NCBI GenBank assembly: GCA_045837725.1 | Contig: JBEWZL010000098.1 | Location: 186,001-250,000, forward strand | DNA length: 64,000 bases | Source of the DNA: Vermamoeba vermiformis | Taxonomy: Eukaryota | Direction of reading: 5' to 3' | Shown: one piece after another, positions 47,777 through 59,273 of the stretch | Layout of the letters: every line of letters begins with the position of its first letter | Numbering within the stretch: the first letter of the stretch is position 1 | Program-made: the position numbers and the translations under genes | The notes under the pieces: model-generated | Database searches by the model: none | Told to the model about the DNA's origin: nothing | The model's input: only the letters and a program-made list of their open reading frames with translations

Positions 47777-49724
47777 ATGGAGCACCAACCAGGCCCGCAG
47801 AGCCACGAGACCGCGCCATCGCTACAAGTGCCACATGATGAAGGAGACCGCGATGTCGCGATCAAAGCAGAATATGTGGCTGCAGATCCATCGCAGATTG
47901 ATTTGTCGTCCTTCGCTGTACGTTCTATAGTCCCGCAATATTCATATGTAACATATTAGTGCAGTAATTACTGGTCATTGGTCGAATATATTAATTAATG
48001 CCACCAGTGAGTACTCGCAATACTAACACTCGTCAGACACTGCCGTTAATCTCGGAGCAATCTCCGGTGTCAGAACTTTGCAGTGCAATCGCGCAGGGCT
48101 CGGAGTGTCGCTTCGGTGACACGTGTCAATTCAATCACGACACCGCCTCGTACCTCGCTGTCAAACCTCCGCCAGTGCGCGACACGTGTCCGTTTGCCGC
48201 ACGTGATCAGAGCTGTCCCTACGGAGTCACGTGTCTGTGCGGCCCTACCCATGACATTACCCAAAAAGGCAATGATGTTGCTGACACCTTAGAGCGAAAT
48301 TTCCTCTCCAAAGCAGTGCAACAACAGCTGCGCAAGAAGAGCTATGATTTCTCGCGCGCCGATGCCCAAATTAAGAAAACAACGCGTGAGGTGCGCGCGG
48401 AGCGGAACAAAATTGACTGGCACCGCAAGCTAATTTTAGCGCCACTGACCACTGTTGGCAATCTGCCATTCAGACGCCTGTGCGTGACTCTCGGTGCTGA
48501 CGTGACCCTGGGCGAGATGTGCGGAATAATACCATTCATGAATGAACTCTGTTAGTAATCATTGCAATTATTTCAGGGCCCTGGCGCAGAACATCGTGAA
48601 AGGCGAGCGGCAAGAGTGGTCGCTGATTCGTCGGCACCAGTCCGAGGCTATTTTTGGCGTGCAGCTGGCAGGAGCACACGTGGACACACTGACACGTGCG
48701 GTGCAGCTCTTGACGGACCCGGAGAATGAAATTTCAGTGGATTTTATTGACTTGAATGTGGGCTGTCCGATCGATCTGATTACCAAAAAAGGCATGGGCT
48801 GCGCACTGGTGACACGTCCCGCGCACTTGACAGCACTGCTGCGCGGCATGGTCGACACCGCGCAACACGTGCCAGTGACGGTGAAGCTGCGTACTGGCGC
48901 GCAGGACTACAGCAACAAACTGCACGGCCCTGATCACGTGCCTGTGGAGAAGCGCGGAACAATACACAGAGATATTCTTCCGCAGCTGGCAGAGATCGGA
49001 GTGTCAGCTGTCACCATCCACGGCCGCTCTCAACGACAGCGCTATCTCCGCGCGGCAGATTGGCAGTACATTGCGCACTGCGGGGAGCTGTTGAGCGCCC
49101 ACAACATTCCCTTAATAGGCAAGTGATCTCTGCACTCGAGATCTGCAGTCTAACAGTGTCGCACAGGCAACGGTGACATCTACAACTGGGAAGAGGCCCA
49201 GCAGCACTTTGAACGCGATCACGTGACTGCCCTGATGATCGCGCGCAGTGCTCTGATCAAGCCGTGGCTATTTAAGGAAATCAAAGAGCAGCGTCACATC
49301 GACTACACGGCCACGCAACGGTACGTCCCACCACACCCAGTACTCGCACCACACAGTACTGTACTCACCTCAGACCCACAGGTGGGAGTTGATCTCCGAG
49401 TTCATCGCGCACGGTCTCGAGCACTGGGGCAGCGACAGACGCGGTGTGGAGACTACGCGGCGCTTCTTGCTCGAGTGGCTCTCCTTCACGCACCGCTACA
49501 TACCCATTGGACTCGTGCAACACGTGCAGCCAATCAGCATTCACCACCGCGCTGCGAGTCGACTGCAAGCACGCGATCAGTTTGAGACCATATTGAGCAG
49601 TCCACTCGTCGCTGATTGGCAGAGAATTGCTGCCTGGTTCCTCGGACCTGCTCCGAGCTCAGAGGCGAAGAGTACCTTCAAGCCCACACACACTGCTGGC
49701 TGGCAAGATCAACAGAACGGTTAG
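47777..49724 (+). CDS. DUS3L: tRNA-dihydrouridine(47) synthase with CCCH fingers
   Basis: [89 protein letters not shown]. Confidence 0.96.
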
Positions 49725-50021
49725 TGTTGTTGTGCGGCCGGATGTATTTGTGTCTTCTACCACCCAAGGAATACCAAGGGCTAATTGTATGGTAAACCTT
49801 CGGCATTTCGATGGTCCCACCTGTGTACTGAAAATACAACTACGCGAAAGGTGCACATAACTACAAGATCGCACCACTGCTCGCGTTCGATGAGTGATCC
49901 AATGCGTTCCCCGCGAGTTGCAGAGCGCGATCATCAAATCTTGCCGCGGGAGATTGCCGTGTTTTTGAAGCGTAATTGTTGCATTAAGGTCACGGCTCAG
50001 TCAACACTCACACACACTGCG

Positions 50022-52684
50022 ATGGCAACTACTGGTGTGGAGCGAGTCAAAGAGCACACATTTGTGAAGCTCAATCAGCCACTAGAGGTCAAAAAGTTGC
50101 TCAAACAACGACCTGAAGCCATCTACAGCCGCGACGATTATGATCAGGTAGAATTCCGTTGCATTCACGCGTTAAAATCTGCGGTAATAATATTTGTGCT
50201 AATTTATTTTCCATCAGACTATGCTCCATGTCGCTTGTTTTGAAGGCTACAACGAGATTGCAGAAATTATATTGAACAAATACAAGGTTCAAGATCTTAA
50301 ATTGCGCGATAAAAATGGTTGGACAGCCCTGCATTGCGCATGCATTCAAGGCAACTACGATATTTGCGAAGCTTTGCTCAAGAAGGGTGCTTCGCCGAAT
50401 GCACAGAACGGAGATCTGGCCTCGCCATTTTATTATCTGTGTCGGTAAGTTATTATTGACATCGAGTACAGTCCGCAAGTGCGTCGAATTAGCGCGCGGT
50501 TGCAGAGGACGCTGTCCTGTCAAGTTGATTTTGCAGTCAAATTAATCAATTTAAATACTTCAACGGCTGTGTCAATTAAAACCATCGCGTTATATAACTG
50601 CACTCATCGTGTGCTGTGGGTCGTGTATATGATACTAATATGCGATATTGGCACAGGAATGCGTACAGCGAGCGATTGATGCTCATCCTAGATCTGATGT
50701 TGAAAAAAGGCGCAGATGTGCACCTGCAGAACAAGTGGCTCGAAACACCACTCCACCAAGCATGCAGCAGAGGGTGCGTGGAGACTACGCTGTTTCTGCT
50801 GCGTCAGGGTGCAGATCCGAATGCCCTCAACTACTACAACGAGACACCGCTGCACAAGGCGTGCAGACTGCCACCGAGTCAAGCGCTGAAGATGGTCACC
50901 GTGCTGATCGAACACGGCAGCGATCCACTCATCGCTGGCTACTGCGGCAATGCGATCAGTGTCGCCATGCAGAGCGGCAATCAATCGAGTGCGGAATATC
51001 TCAAGCAGGTGCTCGAGACCAAGATTGTGATGATCGGCACGCGCGGCGAGAACATGGTCGAGAAGATACCCGGCACGCGCTTGGTCTCCAGCAAGAGTCT
51101 CGACGATCAGTACCGCGTGCACAGTGCGCACATGAATGTCGGACCATCGATCGACAACATTGATCTCGAGACCATCTTGTTCATCCGTTCAGAGAACGAG
51201 CAGTCACGCACGCGCACCAAATTAGTACAAGCGAGCTCGAGCACGAGTGTGCTGTCACCGCGCAGTGACGTCAGCGAGGAGAGCACGAGTGCCACCAACT
51301 CGATCACGCCCAACAACACCAACAGACCCAGCGATGCCAGCGATGAGTCTAAAAATAGCTCCGAGCAGCAGGCCAAGCCAGTCAGTCACGTGCCCAAGCC
51401 CCCCATTCCCGGTCTGCCCCTGGTGGTGAGCACGGACGAGTTCCGCGTGGAGATGGGCGTGGAGTTCATAGTGACCGACGACGTGCTCGGCATGAGCAAG
51501 GCAGATCTGCGCATTGAAGATGACAACTACAGCTTTGACTACGGCCAGGGCGGTGCTGAGGACGTGGTGAACATTATCGGCAAGCTGCACAGCACGTTCT
51601 TGGAGGAGCCGATTGCCATCAGGTACGCGCTGAGTGCACTGCTGTGGCTTGACTAACCTCGTGTGTGTGCAGCATTCTCAAGACCCCTGACAAGCAGAAG
51701 CACCGCGGACTGTTCCGCACCAAGGCCGTACGTATTGATACCCTTTCACAACACATCTAGTGCTCTGTCACTCGCTGTATGCACACGTGACTCACACCGA
51801 ATTTTCAGGGAGATTTCAAGTTCTTCATCCCCGCAGCGCTGATCAAACAAGGCAAGTCCACCGCCAAACAAGTGCTCAAAGCACTGCGCACCAGTGTGCC
51901 GCAGTTGATGGACGCCAAGCTGCACGTGATCACAGACCCCAAGCTGCAAGAAGAGCTTGCGTACTTGGAGGAGTTGAAGAAGAAGCAGGCCAAGTTCTTC
52001 AAGATTGGTGTCTTGTACGCCAAGGCCGGACAGACCACTGAAGAAGAGATCTTCGGCAACGAGCACGGCAGCGAGGCCTTTGAAGAGTTCTTGAAGCTGC
52101 TCGGTGAGCGCATTGAACTGCAGGGCTGGAAGGGATTTCGCGGAGATCTCGATGTGCAAGGCAAGAGCGGCGAGTACAGCGTGTACACCAAGCTGCGCGA
52201 GTACGAGATCATGTTCCACGTGTCGACCTATCTGCCGTACAACGCGCAAGACCCGCAACAGATCATGCGCAAGAAGTACATTGGCAATGATCTCAGCACG
52301 ATTGTCTTTGTCGATGGTGAACACGCGTCATTCACGCCACCCACGGTCAGCGGAGATTTCCTGCGTACGTTGTGTCACTTGTCACCTGTCACGTGTCACT
52401 AACCCCCACAAACAGACATCTTTGCAGTTGTGAATCCCACCGAGACAGGCTACAAGCTCGGCGTGGCCAGCAAGGTCGGTGTGCCCGCATTTGGTCCCCC
52501 GCTCCCGAAGCCACCCGAGTTCCCGAAGAACACCTACTTCCGCGACTTTTTGTTGACCAAGATCCTCAACGGCGAACAGGCTGCTTTCCACTCGCCGTTC
52601 ATTGCTGCAAAGATGCGTAAGACTCGTCGTGCACATCTGCAAAGATTAGTGGAACAATTCTGCACGAACGACACCAAGTTGTAG
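50022..52684 (+). CDS. Ankyrin-repeat + RapGAP domain protein
   Basis: Ank repeats (GWTALHCAC, ETPLHQAC, ETPLHKAC); RapGAP FKIGVLYAKAGQTTEEEIFGN, GWKGFRGDLD, EIMFHVSTYLP, RKKYIGND, FRDFLLTKILNGE. Confidence 0.93.
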
Positions 52685-52960
52685 GTCCATAATCAATCGT
52701 CTTGTATTCTACGCTGAACAGCTGTTAAATTAATAATAAAACTGTACATAGCAACGTGAACTCTTCCAGGGCTCTGTGTGTATGCTAGCAATGTGTCCTA
52801 GTCGCAGCGTGGTGTATTGTGGCATTTATTGTGTTCATATGTACAGAAGTTGCTGTTGCTCAACACTGGCGGTCAGATCCACCGTTCACCCTCGTGTTCG
52901 GTGCCATTGACTGCCAATAACAAAATTGAGCAGTTGATATAATAATAATAATACAGAGCT

Positions 52961-53724
52961 CTATTCGCGGGCCTCAATCAACAAGAAGAAGACGAGTACG
53001 CCCAAGAAGAGTGCGCCAAAGAACAGATCCGGTGCCACAGTGCCGGGTGGAAACACGCGCAGTACGAGGGCGATGAGTGCCACCAACACGCCGAGGGCAA
53101 TGAAGCGACCGCTCTTGCCGCGCGGTGCAGGACGAGTGACAGTGACGGTGGTGGGCTCGATGGCGTGTGTGCGCGGTGAGGCAGATCCGACACTCTGAGT
53201 GCGCACTGAGGGCTCAGCACTAGTCTCGCGCACTGGTGAGCTCGGCTTGATGATCGGCTCTTCGGATTTGACGTCATCGAAATTGAGTCGTCGCTCAACC
53301 ACGTCAGTAGTAGTCTCGACTTTAGGCTCTACTTTTGGCGGGCTCATCGAGCTGCGACGTGACTTGCGGCCAGTGGATTTGGATCGGCCGCGCTTCGACT
53401 CGGATCTGAACAGCTACATTAGTACACTGAGTGTCGATTATCAAACGTAACGCGATCGCACGTACTTGCGAGGTTCAGGGCTGGCACGGCGTGATCTACG
53501 ACCGCGCGGAGTTTTCTTCGGGCCATCTTGCTCAGTTTTGAGCGCCTCTTCTAATCGCTTGACTAATTCGGCTTTTAAACCAGTTTGTTTGAGGCCTGTA
53601 GGATTATTATAATTAACAAAATATATTCAAAATTATTTCAGGCGAGCAAAGCTAATTATTGACCTCGATCTTTTAAGGCAGCTTTCAGTTCTTGCACTGT
53701 ATAATCATTCAAATCGCCTTCCAT
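52961..53724 (-). CDS. SAP-domain protein with an Arg/Ser-rich linker and two C-terminal TM segments
   Basis: MEGDLNDYTVQELKAALKDRGLKQTGLKAELVKRLEEAL (SAP); C-terminal FIALGVLVALIALVL and LFFGALFLGVLVFFLLI. Confidence 0.85.
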
Positions 53725-53954
53725 AATAATATTGTGCTGCTCGCAATGGGTTGTTGCTTGTGTTACAGCTGTGAATTGATCGCTGATAACAATAACATTT
53801 TTCACACGCGATACAACGGTCACAAGCTTGTCCGATTGGCGCCAAAATTTATCGAGCAGAGGAGCACAGAAATCTCGCGATATGGAGTGGTGCAACAAAA
53901 GATTATTTTACAAATGATTGTACATTCGCATCGACTAAAATATTTACATGTAAC

Positions 53955-56900
53955 TTAATTCTTCTTTTCAGAAGGCGAGATCTTGTTCTTCTTCTTGGGC
54001 GATTTCTTCTTATTATTGTTGTTGTTACTGCCAGCACTGAGCGGTGGAATGGGCGGCACTGTCGCTTTGATCGGCTGCATGCTGGGCGAAGAGGGCGGTG
54101 AGGCACTGCTGTTCGTGACTGACGGCGTGGCGGAGGGATCTGCCGAGTCAGTGGGCGTGGGCGTGGTGAGCTGATCAGTCGAGCTGCTGGGTGACATGAG
54201 CGGTGCAGTCACATCTGCAGCACTCGTGCCCGGTGTCAGGTTGGTGTTGTTGGTCGCATTCGGATCGACTGCTTCACCGCGATGATGATGCAGCATGGAG
54301 AGGTACTTGGGCAAGCTCTTAGCGAGGGCGGGTTTGCCAGGATGAATCGCTTGGTGGCGCTGCTTGAGATTGAAGCAGATCACGGAGATGTTGTCCGTGG
54401 AGCCCAGGCCGTGTGCGTAGTCGCGCAGCTTGACCGCGGCTTTGTTGGGGTCCTTCTCCGAGTTGACAATGGAGACAGCAGTGTCGTTGTCCATCACGTC
54501 CCACACACCGTCGCAGCACATGATCAGCCACTCGTCTTCAGCGGTGATCTCGCAGTGAATAATGTCAGGATGTTGCGACACGTGCGGGTGCAGTTCGGGG
54601 TCACCGAGTGCGCGACTGAGGGCCAGCACACCATCCACGCGCTTGTTCTCGCTCACAAAGCCACCGTCGCGTTCAATGCGCTCTTTCTCTTCGGGTACGT
54701 CGGGGCGGTGGTCTTTGGTGAGTGGAATGGCCTTGCCTGAGCGCGAGAGCACTGCGCGCTGATCACCGGCATTGGCGAGCACAATGTTGTCGCCCATGAT
54801 GATCGCGAGCAGTGCTGCAGTGCCGTCTTGGAAGTTGAGCTTGACAATGTCTTGATGCAGCTCGTAGTAGGTAGCAATGAGCGCTTCTTCGAGGATGCTG
54901 AGTGCCGTGCGGTTGGTGCCCTCCGAGTCCACGACACGCTCTTGCAGCAGTGCCATCAAGTGATTGTTGTTGCTCGCAGCATTGGTCGTGCCTCGTGTCT
55001 GCTTGCTCTTCTTCTTGTTGTCACTCGACGGTGTGACACTGCTGTCACCTGTCATCAGCTGCGACTCGTCCACATCGGTCTTGGACAGCGAGCGTGATCG
55101 TTCGCGATAACGAGGCTGGAAGTCGCGCGGTTGAGGCGGTGGCACATCGGGCGTGAAGTCAGGCTCGGCGGTGAGCTGACTGAGTGACTCCACATCAAAG
55201 CTGCGTCGTCCGAGATCGAGGCTGCGTCCTGACTTGTGCCCGCGTCCTCTGCGTCCCTCAGGTGGCGTGGTGCCAGTGGCCTGCTGAATGTTCTGATTCA
55301 CACTCTTCGCTTTCTTCGCGTCCTTCAACTTGCGATCAGGACGCTGCTTGTCCTCGCTCTCAGGTCTGCGCCACTCACTCGGCCGTTGTTGTTCATCGGC
55401 AGAGTGACGACGTCGCTCGTGCATCTCTTCGCGCTTGATGAGTGCTTCGAGGTGCGAGATGAGCACTGCGGGCAGACGAGTGGCCGCCAGTTCAGCACTC
55501 TGTGTGCCACCGTGTCCGTCGAACATGGCAAGCAGATACGTGTCTTCACCCAGGGTCACGGCAGAGGACGAGGCACCAAAGCTGAAGCCGTAGTCGTGCT
55601 GTTGCTGCAACTTGCTGTGCTGCATGTTGTGGTGCGGATCGAGGAAGTTGGGCACGAGCACAATGGTGTCTTGCATGTCTGGTCTGCGGCCACGCATCTC
55701 TGACCAGCCCAGCCAGCCCAGCCAACTGCGCTGTGTCTCGAGGTCCATGTTCGCGGGGGGAGCGGTCTCCACGGGCTCGATCAACTGCACGGCGGGCTTG
55801 AGGGCAGGATTGACGGGCACGGGCAGTGGATCGCGCGACTTGGTCTTCTTGCGCGGTGTCTTGCTCTTGACTACGGTGCTGTCTGAGTTGGGTGAGGGAT
55901 CGGGCGGTGTGCTGGGCTGCGAGGTGCGGCCTTGACTGGTCTCCGAACTCTTGCGCTTGATGTCCACTGGCGCACTCTCCGCGCGTGTCAGTTGCGGTGG
56001 TGTGCGCGGTGATTTGGGCTCGTCTTCGGGACTGCTGTGCGGACTGGCGGGCTGGACCGTGACACCAATCGGCACGGGCTGCGAGACACCGTGCGGGGAC
56101 TGGAGGGGCGCGGGGGTGCTGTTGACTTCCTGTTCGAAGAGGGTGCTCTCCTCGAGCTCGTCGTCACTCTCATTGGTGCCCAGCGCACTCATCTCACCGC
56201 TCATGCTCGTGAAGGTGCCCTCTTTCTTCTGCGCTTTGGCCTTCTGACGCAGCGCCTTCTTGATCTTCTTGCGCTCCATCTTGTCCAGCTTGTCGGTCTC
56301 GCGGTTCCACTTGGTGAGGTACTTCATGTAGTAGCTCGGTTGTTTCATGTAGTAGAAGCCCGTCAAGAACTCGTTGTTGCCCGTGCACGAGATCCACGGC
56401 TGCTTGTTCATCGGATTGCGGAACACGGGCAGTGTGCGCAGGCGATTGAATGACACTTTGACTTGCAGCAGCTCTGACAGCATGCCGAACTCTGGCGGAC
56501 AATTCTCGAGCAAATTGCCCGAGACATCGAGATCAGTGAGTGCTGTCAATTTGACGAATTCGAGCGGCAAGTGGTGCAGTTCATTGTGCGAGACATCGAG
56601 CTCGTGCAGGGCTCGGAGATCTCCGATGGTGGGTGGCAATGTTTGCAATCGATTGACGCTGAGCAAGAGACACTCGAGATTGAGCAGTTGACTGATGGTG
56701 AACGGCAATTCGCTGAGCTGATTGTTGGACAGCGAGAGTTCTTTCAGACCCGTGAGCGACAGGATCACCTCGGGGATGTGGTCCAAGCCATTGCCGCGGT
56801 GGTGCAGTTCGATCAGCGCAGTCAACTTGACCAATTCAGCGGGCAGGGCTTTGATGCGGTTGTACGACACATCGAGGCGCTGCAGCTGTGGCATGTCCCC

Positions 56901-58683
56901 GAGCCAGGCTGGCACGTCTTTGATGTTGTTCGAGAAGAGATTGAGCAGCACGAGCGAGTCCGGCACGAGCGGGAATTCAATCAAGCGATTGTTGCCGAGT
57001 TCGAGCCACTGCAGCGAGGTCATGGCGCGAATGTCTGGGAACTGCGTGCAGCGATTGTTGTTCACGATCAGCTTGCGCAGCGAGACGAGACAGCCGAGCT
57101 CCTCGGGCAAGAACTTGATCTTGTTGTCGCTCAGATTCAGCTCCTGCAGTGCCACCATGCCCTGCGCGAGTTGGACGGGAATGGTGACGAGTTTGTTGCG
57201 CGCGAGGGAGAGATTGAGCAGCTGCGAGAGCTGGCCCATGGTGACGGGCAGCGCAGTGAGCTTGTTGGACGAGATGTCGAACTCGCGCAGCTTGACGCAC
57301 TCGCCAATCTTGTCGTCGAGCACGCTGATGGTGTTCGAGTAGAGGTGCAGGTAGTGCAGTTCACGCATCTCGCCAATGCCCTCGTCGATGAGCTTGATCT
57401 TGTTCTCCGCTAGCAACAGCTCGCGCAGATTGGTCAGCGCGTACACTGCGGGGGGCACTTTGTTCAACAAGTTCTTGCGGCACCACCTGTGGCCTGTCAG
57501 TAGCTGCACTGGCGCTAGATGTGCACGAGTACTTACATGATGCGCAGCGAGGTGAGGGCACTGATCTCTTTCGGCAAGGTCTTCAACAAGTTGCAGCGCA
57601 CATCCAGTGTCCGAAGTCGCACCAAGGGCTGCAGTACTTCAGCGGGGATATTCACCAAGTAATTGCCCGACAAGTTCAATGTGGTCAGTGAGTCTAATAC
57701 TCCAATTGATGTTGGTAATTCGGTCATTTTGTTTTGACCCAGATCCAGTTGAGTTAGATTTGTTAATTGAGTCAGAACTGGAAATGTTTTCATATTGTTG
57801 ATGTACAAATTGAGGATCTTCAACTTATTCAGCTTGGACACTTCATTCGGCAGCTAAATAAAGGTATTAATAACTGAGTAACCACTACAAAAATATTCGA
57901 GTAGATCTACAACGAGCTCGAAATTTCATCAAAGCGATCGCCGTTTGATGCATGATTTACGGCTTTTAGCAGAACTAGCATCAAAAACTGCTAATATGAT
58001 CGTAGTATCTATTAAGTACAGTGACAATGTGGTTCATTGAATTATCCGCAAATTCATTATTGTTTGAAAATAGCAATTTATCCATCAAAATTAATATGAA
58101 TAAAATATTGAATATTGTTATTTACTACAATCGATGTTATTTCTGTTGATGGATGACGTAAGATTTTCGTGCATCAGATTTAAAAATAAAGAACGTGTCA
58201 AAAAAGTTAACATTTAGCACTATAAATGCAGGTCTATAAATAAATATTACTAATAAACAACATTACCGATTGAATGCGGTTCCAATGCAAGTGCAATTCA
58301 TTTAATTGCTGCAGTTCGCCGAGGGATGAGCTGACCTCCGTAAAATCGTTCTTGCCCAAGTCTAGGCAAGTTAACGAGGTCATCTTGGTGATTTGCGCAG
58401 GCAATACCGCGATGTTGTTGCCCAACACGCGCAGTGTGAGCAGGCCAGTGAGATTGCACAGGTAATCAGGTAAGTGCGTCAGCTTGTTGTGCGGTAAGTT
58501 GAGCCATTTCAATTTTTTCAATGCTGTAATATTCTCTGGTATGCGTTCGATGCCTCTATTCTTCAAATCGAGGCGCGTAATGTTGGGATCGAGGCTGTTA
58601 ATGAGTTCATCCAACGAGTCGCGTGCATCTCGAGATTTGAACAGACCCGAGAGCAGTCCTTCTTTTCCGTAGATATTGCCCAT
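53955..58683 (-). CDS. LRR-array + PP2C phosphatase (PHLPP-like architecture) with a possible N-myristoylation site
   Basis: MGNIYGK start; more than 20 LRRs; PP2C motifs GRRPDMQD, MFDGHGG, ANAGDQRAVLSR, DHRP, LALSRALGD, MCCDGVWD, GSTDNIS. Confidence 0.93.
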
Positions 58684-59273
58684 TGATTATACTATCCTAT
58701 TGCATGATTGAAATACAATGTGTGCCGTGGTCTTATGCGCGTTATTCAAGTTAAATAATAAAAATTTTTATTTTGCTTTTTCGTATCACCTTTGCAGCGA
58801 CAACACACGCGGACAAACGGAATTCAGTGCCGTTAATGAGCTCGCTATAATTGCTAGTCTTACTTCGTTGCGCGGGTCAATTCGGCAATTGTTTCTTCGC
58901 ACTGAGATTATGGAGATTGATCCGAGTTATATTTAGCAATCACGCGTATGTATGATTAGCGCGAGTACAAACACCACCCTCGATGGCAATAGTTCGTTGG
59001 TAGATTACGGTCCCGCTAATGAGCAGCAGGGGATGATCAAACGGCAATGTCAGTGAAATTTCCTCCGTTTGTTTTAGCACGTGGTGGGCGGAGTAGTTGC
59101 GAGGACAGCGCAATTACTTGTATCAGTCCTGTATATATCAATACTAGTATAGTTGTGCAACCAAGTAGCTGAAGGCGTGCTTTGGTTGTTAGCGCTATTA
59201 ATTCAACTCTTATTTATTCTTCATTAATATCCCTATTTTGTATTTATTACGTACCCCCTTTATATAATGCGCT

